A stretch of 64,000 nt of DNA. It comes from Candidatus Bathyarchaeota archaeon. Lineage in GTDB: Archaea > Thermoproteota > Bathyarchaeia > Bathyarchaeales > Bathycorpusculaceae. Positions within the stretch are counted from its first letter, which is position 1. Every line of letters begins with the position of its first letter. Shown here piece by piece: positions 30,014-39,385 of this stretch. The DNA lies in the NCBI GenBank assembly GCA_963702095.1, contig OY969706.1, positions 864,001 to 928,000 of the forward strand. Direction: 5' to 3'. Below the pieces are notes generated by a model. The model saw nothing but the letters and a program-made list of their open reading frames with translations, searched no databases and was not told the DNA's origin. A program made the position numbers and the translations under genes.

Positions 30014-30940
30014 CTAAGAAGAGAGTTTAGCGGTAACAATACCCCGTTCAAAAACACGAAAAGTCTCCAGTGCCTGCCGCTCTTTAGAGACGCCGATAAC
30101 CAATCCACTTACGCCCTCAAGATTCGCCAAGTAGCCTATGGCATCCTCAGGTTTTAGGTACCCTGCGGCTAGGACACTCATAGCTATGACCTCTGCGTCT
30201 TTGGCTTGTTCGAGGGCTTCTTCGCAGTCCTGTTTAGTGGGGCACATTTGGAAACCCACCTTGTTAAAAGATGACACTAAAGTGAGCTTGCTAAAGTCGA
30301 TTTGCCATTCATTGAACTTCGTTACTAAATGGGGAAAGTTACGTGTTTCCAGTCCTGGCCGAACATGGTAGCCTTCGACGAATTTTATGTAGGATTTGAA
30401 GAGGCCCTCCATATTCAACGCCAAAGCCATATCAGTGACTATTTCATGGAGCATAAACGATTTCAACGGCATCTTTCCGCCGCTGGCTGACTTAATCCTT
30501 GAGAGCTCATAAGCCACATAGGTTTTGAGAAGCGCTGAGAGATTAAACCGCAAGAGGCCTCCCAAGTTTGATGCCAACACTTTGGCGTTTGAGGAAAACA
30601 CCATTTCCTTCGCTAAACTTTTAGCCAGCCCCCCGACGCCGCCGGTCTGCGTGGATTTCCGCACGTATTCATAAGCGTAAGGTGCAATCGCGTAGAGGCT
30701 AGCGTTTCCTATTGCCGGGTTGTGGTTGAGGTTTCTAATTATCGAAAGTGTAACGTCGTCGACGCTGAATAAGAAGCCGTCTGCGCCATTCTGCAGGCTT
30801 AACTCGACGAGGCGTGTGGCTTGTTGGGTGCAGTCGGTGTTTTCTTCGCTGGAGCGTACACGTGCCCTTTGCTGCGAAAGGTGGCTGATACCGTGAAAGG
30901 GATTATCCCCCACCAATAAATGCAATGCTCGTTTGGTCAT
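30014..30940 (-). CDS. Conserved hypothetical protein (TIM-barrel/aldo-keto-reductase-like)
   Basis: LLVGDNPFHGISH, NKVGFQM and AMSVLAAG motifs; coupled to the upstream oxidoreductase (ATGA overlap). Confidence 0.65.
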   Translation of the reverse strand: MTKRALHLLVGDNPFHGISHLSQQRARVRSSEENTDCTQQATRLVELSLQNGADGFLFSVDDVTLSIIRNLNHNPAIGNASLYAIAPYAYEYVRKSTQTGGVGGLAKSLAKEMVFSSNAKVLASNLGGLLRFNLSALLKTYVAYELSRIKSASGGKMPLKSFMLHEIVTDMALALNMEGLFKSYIKFVEGYHVRPGLETRNFPHLVTKFNEWQIDFSKLTLVSSFNKVGFQMCPTKQDCEEALEQAKDAEVIAMSVLAAGYLKPEDAIGYLANLEGVSGLVIGVSKERQALETFRVFERGIVTAKLSS

Positions 30941-31935
30941 TTGATTTGTTCCCTCACTTGCTCCAGAAGAAAGTCGACGCTAAGAGTGCCTTTGAAATTA
31001 GATAGGGCCTTTTGCTCTGCAACTATTGAATCGACGAAGTGTTTGTCTTCACGCCAGTATTCTGAGCCACCCAAAAAATAGCCGACGTTATCGTTCATGT
31101 CATGGCGGTACCAACGGATTGATTGCCCGTCGTTTAGTTTCAGATGGACTTCGTCGTCGTTGGCGGTTAAGGTGCCTTTCTCTCCGCGGATGGTTAAGCC
31201 GAATTCGGGCATTCGGTAGCCCATTTTTCGCCAAGAAACCTCAAATTGTCCCTGCAAACCGTCTGCGCCGGAAACGCCGAAGGTGACGTCATCTAAAGAG
31301 TCCACAGTGATTCTTGAGTTAACTTTGGCGTATGTAACCTTCAAATCGCTAAAAAGCCAAAAAGCCAAATCAACTACATGTGAACCGAGGTCTTCGATGA
31401 CTCCCCCTCTGGCTTTCGATATCGTTGAGCCCTCGGGAGCATAGGCAAAGTCAGAGGAGAAAGCGTATGCATCAAAGCTGTCAATTTCGCCTATACTCTG
31501 CTGTTCGAGGAGAGCCTTTACTTTGATGAAGGTTACTCCGAAGCGTTTCATGTAGCCGACCATGTTTACTCCGTCGCCTTCTTCAGATAACTTGGCAAGT
31601 TCTTCGGAGTGACTGTATTTTGAGGTGAGTGTTTTTTCCACAAAGACGTGTCTGGCAAGGTTTTTGCTATAGATTTCTTTGATGATTGGGTAATGTGAGG
31701 GTATAGGTGTTAAAACGTAGACGGCGTCAAGGTTTAAACGGGAAAACTTATCTATGCTATCAGTGACTGTAGCGCCTCTAAACGCATGTTTAGCAAGGGT
31801 CCTCATCAGGCGGCTTTTATCACAGAGCGCTGCCACCTCCACATTTGGAAGAACCTTTAGGAGGCAAGCGTGCATTATGCCCATTTTGCCTAAGCCTACA
31901 ACGCCTATCCTGATTTTGGAATTACTATTTGCCAT
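30937..31935 (-). CDS. Gfo/Idh/MocA oxidoreductase
   Basis: GVVGLGKMG, VEK and GGVIEDLGSH motifs. Confidence 0.9.
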   Translation of the reverse strand: MANSNSKIRIGVVGLGKMGIMHACLLKVLPNVEVAALCDKSRLMRTLAKHAFRGATVTDSIDKFSRLNLDAVYVLTPIPSHYPIIKEIYSKNLARHVFVEKTLTSKYSHSEELAKLSEEGDGVNMVGYMKRFGVTFIKVKALLEQQSIGEIDSFDAYAFSSDFAYAPEGSTISKARGGVIEDLGSHVVDLAFWLFSDLKVTYAKVNSRITVDSLDDVTFGVSGADGLQGQFEVSWRKMGYRMPEFGLTIRGEKGTLTANDDEVHLKLNDGQSIRWYRHDMNDNVGYFLGGSEYWREDKHFVDSIVAEQKALSNFKGTLSVDFLLEQVREQIK

Positions 31936-32054
31936 GGAATACCTGCGCTCCGAAAAACTGTTATTCTGTAATGCTTCCGCTATTGCAAGGGACTTGTAGG
32001 AAAAAACGCTAACTCAATAATTCAGGGAAAGCACCGTTTGGAAGAAAAAAGGGT

Positions 32055-32753
32055 TCAGAAGTCAAATGAGAAGCTCTCGGCCATAATCCGCTTCATAATC
32101 CCTAAGCCATGCCGTAGCTTAAGTTTCTTGACGCCCATTCTGGTCCGGTAATCGATAGGGACCTCCATAATTCGGTAACCCCGTCGTTCCACAAGAGAGT
32201 TCATTTCCGCTTCAACATCAAAACCTTTGCTTTTGGGTTTCCAACCGTTTAAAATATCGCTGCGCACCACACGTAACCCTGAAAGTGGATCATCAAGTTT
32301 GACCCCATTCATGAATAGTTGTGCTAACGCCAAGAGCTTGTTGCCAAGGTAGAACGGGTTAGTTAACGATTTTGAAATGTTGTGTTTACCCTTGAAACGG
32401 TTTCCGATAACCATACCGACTTTGGGGTTTTGCTCTAAGATTTCAACCATCTGGGGGACGTATTCAGCTGGGTAAGTGTAGTCGGCGTCGGTGAAGACGA
32501 TATAGGGCACCTTAGAGGCAAGCCCCCGCAACCCCTGAAACATAGCGTCTCCTTTGCCTTTACCTTCCTGCAACAAGACGTCTGCGCCCATGTTTTTGGC
32601 TATCTCTATGGTTCGGTCGACACTATTGCCGTCAACCACAACCATGTAGGGATTATTTAGAACCCGCTGCATTTCGCCGAGTGTGGGTCCAATCCCTTCT
32701 TCTTCGTTCAGGGTAGCAATAACTACGGATATACTTGAGTTTAGTTCGATCAC
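32055..32753 (-). CDS. Polyprenol-phosphate glycosyltransferase (DPM1/AglJ-like GT2)
   Basis: TLNEEEGI, VDGNSVD, GKG, DADYTYP and GFDVEAEM motifs; GGAGG RBS before GTG 32753. Confidence 0.9.
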   Translation of the reverse strand: MIELNSSISVVIATLNEEEGIGPTLGEMQRVLNNPYMVVVDGNSVDRTIEIAKNMGADVLLQEGKGKGDAMFQGLRGLASKVPYIVFTDADYTYPAEYVPQMVEILEQNPKVGMVIGNRFKGKHNISKSLTNPFYLGNKLLALAQLFMNGVKLDDPLSGLRVVRSDILNGWKPKSKGFDVEAEMNSLVERRGYRIMEVPIDYRTRMGVKKLKLRHGLGIMKRIMAESFSFDF

Positions 32754-32899
32754 AGAAAAAAGTCCTCCCAAAAAAGGGAAAACGGCTTCCATTGTTAGTC
32801 GGGGAAACAAACCTTTAAAGCCGTAAGGAAGAAACATACTGAACAAACGCCGGATTGTTCTAGACAATCAAAAAAAGGTTAACGTGAAAAAGTAGCAAT

Positions 32900-34030
32900 T
32901 CAGCTTAGTCTATGTGTTAAGACTTCGATTTTGTCAACAACGAAAGCTACGTCTTCATCAGACAACTCCATGTGCACAGGCAAAGCTATGGTTCTAGACA
33001 AAACCTCCTCAGCCACCGACAAGTCTCCATACGAGAAACCGCCTAGCGTCCTGTAGGCTTCTTGCATGTGACAGGGCGGATAGAAAATGTTACCTGTCTC
33101 CACACCATACTCTTCCATGAGCACTTTGGTGAATTGTTGCCTATCAATGCCGCCGCCTAAAATCAAGGGGTACTTATAGTAGGCGCTACGGTATCCGTCT
33201 GGGCAACCTACCGTTTTTAAACACTCATTTTCTTTGAAGGCTTCGTCGTATGCTTTGCAGATTTCGTTGCGTCTGGCGACGAATTCATCGAGCCGTTTCA
33301 ACTGGTAAATCCCCAGAAGCGCCGAAATCTCCGCCATCACCATGTGGCGGCCCACATTGACGAAGTTTGTTTTCCCCGCGCCCGAACCATAGAAGCTGTA
33401 GAGCTTAGCGAACTCGCAAAGCTCGGCGTTGCTGGATGCCATCATGCCGCCTTCCCCTGTGGTGATGACTTTTGTTGGAGTGAAAGAGAAAACAGCGGCG
33501 TCGCCGAAACTGCCGGCTTTTTTGCCATAAACGCTGGCGCCGATGGCATGTGTTGCATCCTCGATAAGGAACAAGTTACGGTTTCTGCAGATTTCTTGTA
33601 TGCGTTGCAAATCAGGGTTAGGGAAACCTGCGATGTGGGTAACAATGACTCCACGGGTGTCCGATGAGAGGTTTCTCTCTAAACTATCGGGGTCCATGGA
33701 GAGGGTGTCTGCTTTAATGTCGGCGAAAACCACTTTGCCGCCTGCAAACATCACGCTGTTAGGAACAGAAATGAAACTGTTAGTGCAAACCACAACTTCT
33801 TTGCCTTCGACGCCGAAGTAGCGAAGAGCCGTTTCGTAGGCGCTGGAGTCAGAGTCAAAAGCCACGGCACCGTCAACACCGAGGTAGGTGGCTGTTTGAT
33901 CTTCGAAGATTTTCACGTTTTTTCCAAAACGGAATTGGCCGTCCTCAAGGACTTTGCCGATGTCACCTAGGAGGGGGTTGATGTCTTCTTTGGGGAAGAA
34001 GGGTTTGGATGAACGGATAAGTTTGGGCAA
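32900..34030 (-). CDS. DegT/DnrJ/EryC1/StrS sugar aminotransferase
   Basis: IEDATHAIG and SFTPTKVITTGEGG (PLP lysine) motifs. Confidence 0.9.
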   Translation of the reverse strand: MPKLIRSSKPFFPKEDINPLLGDIGKVLEDGQFRFGKNVKIFEDQTATYLGVDGAVAFDSDSSAYETALRYFGVEGKEVVVCTNSFISVPNSVMFAGGKVVFADIKADTLSMDPDSLERNLSSDTRGVIVTHIAGFPNPDLQRIQEICRNRNLFLIEDATHAIGASVYGKKAGSFGDAAVFSFTPTKVITTGEGGMMASSNAELCEFAKLYSFYGSGAGKTNFVNVGRHMVMAEISALLGIYQLKRLDEFVARRNEICKAYDEAFKENECLKTVGCPDGYRSAYYKYPLILGGGIDRQQFTKVLMEEYGVETGNIFYPPCHMQEAYRTLGGFSYGDLSVAEEVLSRTIALPVHMELSDEDVAFVVDKIEVLTHRLS

Positions 34031-34041
34031 ATGTGTTCCTC

Positions 34042-34668
34042 TTAGAAGTCGTAGGTTACGGTGAAAAGGTGGAATTTTTCGTCTAGGATTGCATGTATGA
34101 TTTGCCAGACTGAGTGTTTGTAGAGGCGGTGGAAAATGAAGCCGAACCGTATGGGCGGTAACGCGCCGTTTCTAAGTGATTTTATGTAGAGTCGGTTGTT
34201 GTTTTTGTATATGATCCAGGAATGCACTTTTTCGCCGTACAACAACTCGTTTAGCCATGAGGGCCCTTGGATGTAGCCGTGCTTTGAGACGCGTTTTAAC
34301 TCCTTAAGCAGCGTCCAGGGGTCGCTGAGGTGCTCGATTAAGTAGTAGCTGGTTACAAAATCGAACGCTTTATCCCTAAACGGCAAAGAATAGCAACTAC
34401 ACATAACAAAGGGCTTATCGTCGGTGACCAGTTTCTTCATGCTGCGGTCAGGCACAGGCTTCACGTTGAGGTCACAGAGCACGTTGGCTTCTGGGAACGG
34501 TTTAGCGCCACAGGCAATGTCTAGACAGAGTGCAGAGCCATCCACGTTTAAACCTACGGCTTGGTAAAATTTTTGTTTGCCAAATTTGAAGCGATCAAGC
34601 TCAGATTGGCGAATGGGAACCCGCTGTAGCACACCGTTTTTCTGGACTTCTGTTGGCATGCCAAGCAC
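34042..34668 (-). CDS. Class I SAM-dependent methyltransferase
   Basis: LDIACG and LPFRDKAFDFV..IEHL..ELKRVS motifs. Confidence 0.85.
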   Translation of the reverse strand: MLGMPTEVQKNGVLQRVPIRQSELDRFKFGKQKFYQAVGLNVDGSALCLDIACGAKPFPEANVLCDLNVKPVPDRSMKKLVTDDKPFVMCSCYSLPFRDKAFDFVTSYYLIEHLSDPWTLLKELKRVSKHGYIQGPSWLNELLYGEKVHSWIIYKNNNRLYIKSLRNGALPPIRFGFIFHRLYKHSVWQIIHAILDEKFHLFTVTYDF

Positions 34669-34675
34669 TGCTGAG

Positions 34676-35815
34676 TTACTGTTTTGCTGATTCAGCGATG
34701 GCTGCTACGAGGCTACTGCGGATGTAGTCAACGTTTTCTTTTGTTACGCCAACATGCATTGGTAAGCAGAGAACTTGTTTGAGTACGCGTTCAGCGGCGG
34801 GGAAATCGCCCATCCGTGTCCCATATGTCTGCATGTAGTAGGGGTGGAGGTGGCAGGGTGGATAGTAAACGTGTCCGGGTTCAATCTGGTATTTCTCTTT
34901 GAGCAACGCCGCAACTTTTAAGCGGTCAAAGCCGTCGGCGAGCACTAGGGGGTATTTGTAGTAGCTGTGCCTAAACCTCGACGACAACTTGAACAACGCC
35001 ACGCCTTCAACGTCGCCTAAGGTTTCTTCGTACCAGCGGGCGACTTGGTTACGTTTAGTTATGAATTCGTCGAGGTGTTCTAGCTGGTTTCGTCCCACAA
35101 TCGCCGACAACTCACTCATACGCCAGTTATGACCCAAAACAACCATAAGTCGATCTGCGTTTTGTCCGCATGTTCGTACACATCGGGCTTGATCTATGAA
35201 GTCGTCTTTGTTTGTTGTGATCATGCCGCCTTCACAGGCGGTCATAACTTTTGTGGGGTAAAAAGAGAAGCAGCCTATGTCGCCGAAGGTCCCCGCTTTT
35301 TGCCCATCCAACATGGCGCCATGTGCATGTGCGCTGTCCTCTATGAGAAAGAGACCCTTGTTTTCGCAGAAGGCTTTGAGTTCACGAATCTGCGGACAAA
35401 CCAACCCGGCGATGTGTACCACAATTACGCCGGCGGTTTTGTCGGTTACTTTGCGTTTGACATCGTCTACGTCGAGGCCTAAGGTTTCAGGGTTCATTTC
35501 GGCGAATACGGGTTTGCCGCCTGCAAAAACAACGCCGTTGGGTGTAGAGATGAAAGTGTTGGTGGGAACTATGACTTCGCGGCCCTGCAAGTTATAGTGG
35601 CGCAGAGCCACATCCAACGAGGCTGAGCCTGAACTTACACCCACCGCATACTTCACCTGCATATAATCTGCGAATTTTTTTTCGAAGTCCTGCAGATATG
35701 GCCCATCAGTCAATCTGCCGCTTTTAAGCATTGATTTTACTTCTTCGCTTATGGTGTTTAGGCTCTCTTCAGAAAAATAGGGAAACGATCCAAAAATCAT
35801 GTTTTTATTCCTCAT
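34676..35815 (-). CDS. DegT/DnrJ/EryC1/StrS sugar aminotransferase
   Basis: IEDSAHAHG and SFYPTKVMTACEGG motifs; paralogue of 32900..34030. Confidence 0.9.
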   Translation of the reverse strand: MRNKNMIFGSFPYFSEESLNTISEEVKSMLKSGRLTDGPYLQDFEKKFADYMQVKYAVGVSSGSASLDVALRHYNLQGREVIVPTNTFISTPNGVVFAGGKPVFAEMNPETLGLDVDDVKRKVTDKTAGVIVVHIAGLVCPQIRELKAFCENKGLFLIEDSAHAHGAMLDGQKAGTFGDIGCFSFYPTKVMTACEGGMITTNKDDFIDQARCVRTCGQNADRLMVVLGHNWRMSELSAIVGRNQLEHLDEFITKRNQVARWYEETLGDVEGVALFKLSSRFRHSYYKYPLVLADGFDRLKVAALLKEKYQIEPGHVYYPPCHLHPYYMQTYGTRMGDFPAAERVLKQVLCLPMHVGVTKENVDYIRSSLVAAIAESAKQ

Positions 35816-35816
35816 T

Positions 35817-36485
35817 TTACCAGGGTTTTCCGCCCATGCAGAAAAGGTAGTCTATGACTGAGAGGTTGGAGATGAATCCGCCGTTGCATTGGGCGTAGAC
35901 GGGTTGGCGGAAATCTTGAAAGATCAGTTTAATGCCTTCTTTTTCGAATAGTGATCGGTCAATATAGTTGCGGCAGCCTTCGCCTGCAAGCTGGACGTCT
36001 GCGCCGACTTTTTTGCATTGAGCCACGATTAACTCGTTTTTTTTGCCGTCCACCCCCAACGTGGAACTCAAAACTATGGGGCGGTCGATTTTTAGGAAGC
36101 CCATGATGCCGCGTATCAGATGCATGTTTAGGTCAATGAGTTTATCCCATTCATGCTGGTAGGTCTCCTCGAAGAATTCTGCGTATTCGTTCCAATAGGG
36201 AGCTTTACAGTAGCCGTGTTTTATGGTTAACCAGTGTTTGCGTCCCCAGCTGGGTTCGCCTTTGTTGGCGATTTTTACTTCGTTGATGAGTAAAGGTTTG
36301 TTTGCGTGTTCAATTGGGACACTGAGCCATCTGACGCCGTCGGAGGTTAAGACTCGGTTGCGGCTAGTGAAGCCTTGCCGTTCAAACTGGACGTTGTCTT
36401 CAATGATGAATATGTCGGCGCGTCGCATTTTGTCGAAGAAGCCAAGCCAGGGCAGGTAATTAGGTTGGTGTCCAGCAACAATCAT
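35817..36485 (-). CDS. wbqC: WbqC-like protein
   Basis: HQPNYLPWLGFFDK, RNR and NLSVIDYLF motifs. Confidence 0.9.
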   Translation of the reverse strand: MIVAGHQPNYLPWLGFFDKMRRADIFIIEDNVQFERQGFTSRNRVLTSDGVRWLSVPIEHANKPLLINEVKIANKGEPSWGRKHWLTIKHGYCKAPYWNEYAEFFEETYQHEWDKLIDLNMHLIRGIMGFLKIDRPIVLSSTLGVDGKKNELIVAQCKKVGADVQLAGEGCRNYIDRSLFEKEGIKLIFQDFRQPVYAQCNGGFISNLSVIDYLFCMGGKPW

Positions 36486-36500
36486 AGGGTAATCGCCGGT

Positions 36501-37138
36501 TTAGGGTGAGCTTAAACGTTCAACGTAACGCACGACTTCGAAGGCTTCGGCGGCTGTAAGACTAACTTGGCTGCCCCTAAAAGACGCGAGGTTAACCATC
36601 GATTCGTAGGTGATATACCGCTTAGTTTTCTGTGAGAAATGACATTTCAAAGCGGTCCACTTGTCGTTTACGCTGTTAGTGATGTCTACGAAGTAGGTTG
36701 GCGAGAAGTTGTGGGTTACACGTGGGGTCTCGTATGCGAGAACCTGGGAGCATTCCTAAAAGCTGACATCGAAGCCCAGCCGACTTGGCGGTGGTCTTGG
36801 TGAATGTCGTTGACGGTATGTGTCAGTATGGTTTCTGGTCTATTAGCGACGTAGAAGGCTTCGAGGAAGTCGATGGCTTGTCTAGAGCAGGGGATTTCTG
36901 TGTCGGGGAAATCGCCGAAGTAAACTTCGTTAACACCCAAGTAGGAGAGTGCTTCAATGCTTTCTTTTGGGCGAACTTCAGGGTTGCCGCTGTGTTCACC
37001 TTTGGACATAAAGACAGCTATGACTTTTTTGCCGAGTCTTGAGGCAGCCCGGATCGTGCCTCCGCAGCCCAGTTCAATATCATCAGGGTGGGCACCAACT
37101 GCCAAGATAACGTTGGATCTTAGAACCAAGCTTTTCAC
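36501..37138 (-). CDS. PIG-L family N-deacetylase (1-nt frameshift in a C-run near 36746)
   Basis: AHPDDIELG and DIHQDH motifs; a shifted frame continues QVLAYETP..PTYFVDIT..HFSQ..AEAFEVVR to the stop at 36501. Confidence 0.85.
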
Positions 37139-37147
37139 CCAAAAATT

Positions 37148-37750
37148 TTAGGTTGTGTCCATTTTTAACCATAAACTGTTGTAACGTTCATTATACTGGA
37201 AGGAGTTGCTTGTTTGGTTGTAGAGGTATAGTTCAAAGAACAAGTTGCCGTAGAAAGCGCCTTTATCTTTGTCGTAGGTTATCTTTGTAGAGTCAGGATG
37301 CAATGCCACACCGTTGATGGTTATGTCCTGTATGTCCAGCCTGGTTGAAGTGCCATTGTTAACTTGGTAGTTGAAGGTGATGTCTAGGGGCAACTCGGTG
37401 GTTTGGTCGTTGGCTGCAAACAAAGTGAGGCTGCCTATGGAGGGTAAATCACTGTTTGTATGGTTGAAGCTGTTGGGTCCTGATTGGCTTTCATTGCGGA
37501 ATTTAATCTCCACAACGTAGTAAGCGCAGGAGCCCAAATGGTTGCTGACGTCTAGGTAAAGGCGGCAGTTTTCGCCGGAAGTCACGTTTGAGGGGTAAGC
37601 GGCTGTGTGGTCTGGACCCAGAAGCCACATTTCAGTAAGCTGGTCTGTTTGGGGTTCCACGATGAACTGCTGTAGCGCTGGTGACGCAAGTATTAACGCC
37701 GTAATGGCAGTGACTGCTAGAAGAAGGGTTTTATATTTTTCCAGCCCCAT
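37148..37750 (-). CDS. DUF1616-like membrane-anchored protein
   Basis: N-terminal TM; TEMWLLGP..AYP..NH and LFFELY..LWL motifs. Confidence 0.75.
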   Translation of the reverse strand: MGLEKYKTLLLAVTAITALILASPALQQFIVEPQTDQLTEMWLLGPDHTAAYPSNVTSGENCRLYLDVSNHLGSCAYYVVEIKFRNESQSGPNSFNHTNSDLPSIGSLTLFAANDQTTELPLDITFNYQVNNGTSTRLDIQDITINGVALHPDSTKITYDKDKGAFYGNLFFELYLYNQTSNSFQYNERYNSLWLKMDTT

Positions 37751-38213
37751 GAATGTTCCTCCTTTCACGTCTGCTCAAAACAACCCAAGCACCCAATCCA
37801 GCGCCAAGAACCGCCAACGAAAGCAACGCCAAAAACACGATAAAAACAAAGTTTTGAGTGGACGCTCCCTGGGCGCTTGCGGCAAGCGCGTTTGCTTGGG
37901 GAATAAAGTCGTTGAGTTTACTTTGGCATTGGCTTGCTGCGTTGTATGCTGTGTCGTAGTCGCCGCCTGCATTGGCTAATAGCGCTGTGGACAACGAGGA
38001 AGCGGCGTCGTTGAGTGTCGCCATTAAGGCATCTACGTTTGCGCCTGCAGCCTCCGCCTCCGAGACAGCGCTGTAACAGTTTTTTAATGTGTCCTTCGCC
38101 GAGTCAATGGCGCCTTGTGCGCTTCCTTGAGCGTAAACTGAAGAAGTAAACAGTGCACTGCATAGCAAGAGGGCAAGCGCAAAGATAGAGAATTGTCTTT
38201 TCATGGTTAACAT
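37731..38213 (-). CDS. Secreted helical protein with C-terminal TM anchor
   Basis: Signal peptide, AEAAGANV helical repeat, C-terminal TM plus basic tail. Confidence 0.7.
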   Translation of the reverse strand: MLTMKRQFSIFALALLLCSALFTSSVYAQGSAQGAIDSAKDTLKNCYSAVSEAEAAGANVDALMATLNDAASSLSTALLANAGGDYDTAYNAASQCQSKLNDFIPQANALAASAQGASTQNFVFIVFLALLSLAVLGAGLGAWVVLSRRERRNIHGAGKI

Positions 38214-38229
38214 CCTTTAGAATTGGTTA

Positions 38230-38571
38230 TTACTTTATGAGTGGTTCGGGGTAGGGATTTTTTTGGGGGCAGAGTTCCTCGAGAGTTTTCCGTTTAATGG
38301 AGAAATCGTTGAATCGTTTCTCCATGTTTTTGCTGCTTCGAGTGTACTCCTTGTATGCATCAAGGTAATCTCGGCCTTTGCCAGTTAAAAGGTAGAGTTG
38401 ATTTTGATGTTCAAAGCGGATTAGAGAAGCCCCGGCGACTTCGTTGAGGTAACGTTGCAGAACTTTGTAACTGAGGTTTGCTTGGTACATGATCTGTGTT
38501 TTCTTTGCTTCTCTGCTGACAACAGTTAAAATGTCGGCTATTATATCTAATCGGTCTCGATAGGTAACCAA
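38230..38571 (-). CDS. Winged helix-turn-helix transcription regulator (archaeal HTH_45-like)
   Basis: YRDRLDIIADIL..KTQIMYQANLSY..YL..LTGKG pattern. Confidence 0.85.
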   Translation of the reverse strand: MVTYRDRLDIIADILTVVSREAKKTQIMYQANLSYKVLQRYLNEVAGASLIRFEHQNQLYLLTGKGRDYLDAYKEYTRSSKNMEKRFNDFSIKRKTLEELCPQKNPYPEPLIK

Positions 38572-38597
38572 TTAAAACGCCTCGATAACTTTAACGG

Positions 38598-38978
38598 TTA
38601 AAGATGCAGCCATCCTCGGCGGCTTTTCTTCTGCTGCTTCTGTTTGTTTTCGGGTGCGCTGTAGTATTCAATGTACTTTTCTGCTTTTGCTTTGCTGGTG
38701 ATGTTGTCTTTAACGAATTTGTTCCAGCCGCCGGCGTTGGGATTAGGAGGGATGTATCGGTCAGGGTTTATTACCTCATGCTGTTGCAGGATGTCTTTGA
38801 AGTTTAACGCTTTGAAGTCCCGGGTTGCGTGAATTATGGTGCCTTTATCAATGAAAAGTGAACTGTAATCGTCAACGGCTATGCCTTCTGCACGTACTTT
38901 ATCGTCAACTCTTTCTTGCCAGAGCCGTTTCCATTCAATTTTTAACTCCTCTACGAGTTCTTTCTGTTTTAGCACCAT
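38598..38978 (-). CDS. Conserved hypothetical protein
   Basis: 126-aa charged ORF, first gene of the minus-strand operon, TATA-like box upstream. Confidence 0.7.
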   Translation of the reverse strand: MVLKQKELVEELKIEWKRLWQERVDDKVRAEGIAVDDYSSLFIDKGTIIHATRDFKALNFKDILQQHEVINPDRYIPPNPNAGGWNKFVKDNITSKAKAEKYIEYYSAPENKQKQQKKSRRGWLHL

Positions 38979-39385
38979 ATGTAACAGGTCCCTTCATGAT
39001 AGAAGTGGATAAGGAAAAAATTCTGATTCTAAAAAATCTCACTAAAATCAGTTTGAGGGCTAAACCTCAACTATTAAGTGTTTGGAGCGCGGTTATTTAA
39101 ACCGTAAGGATAGATTGTTCTAGTTTTATCTAGCTTAGCAAGGGTTTTTCTGTATTTTTTGTGATGTTCTGTCGGATTAATTTGTTGTTTGACATAGAAC
39201 ACGATGCTGTTTTTTCATACAAAGCCTGTGTCAGCGGTGATTTACGGCTGCCTCAGAAACTGATTTACACAGTAATTGTTATGTCTGGGCAAATAATTAA
39301 GGCTTTATCTCTTGCCTTTTTGGAGAGCTTGGGTTTACAACGTTTAAATTCAACTTGTAACATTAAATTCGCAGGGATATTCTAA

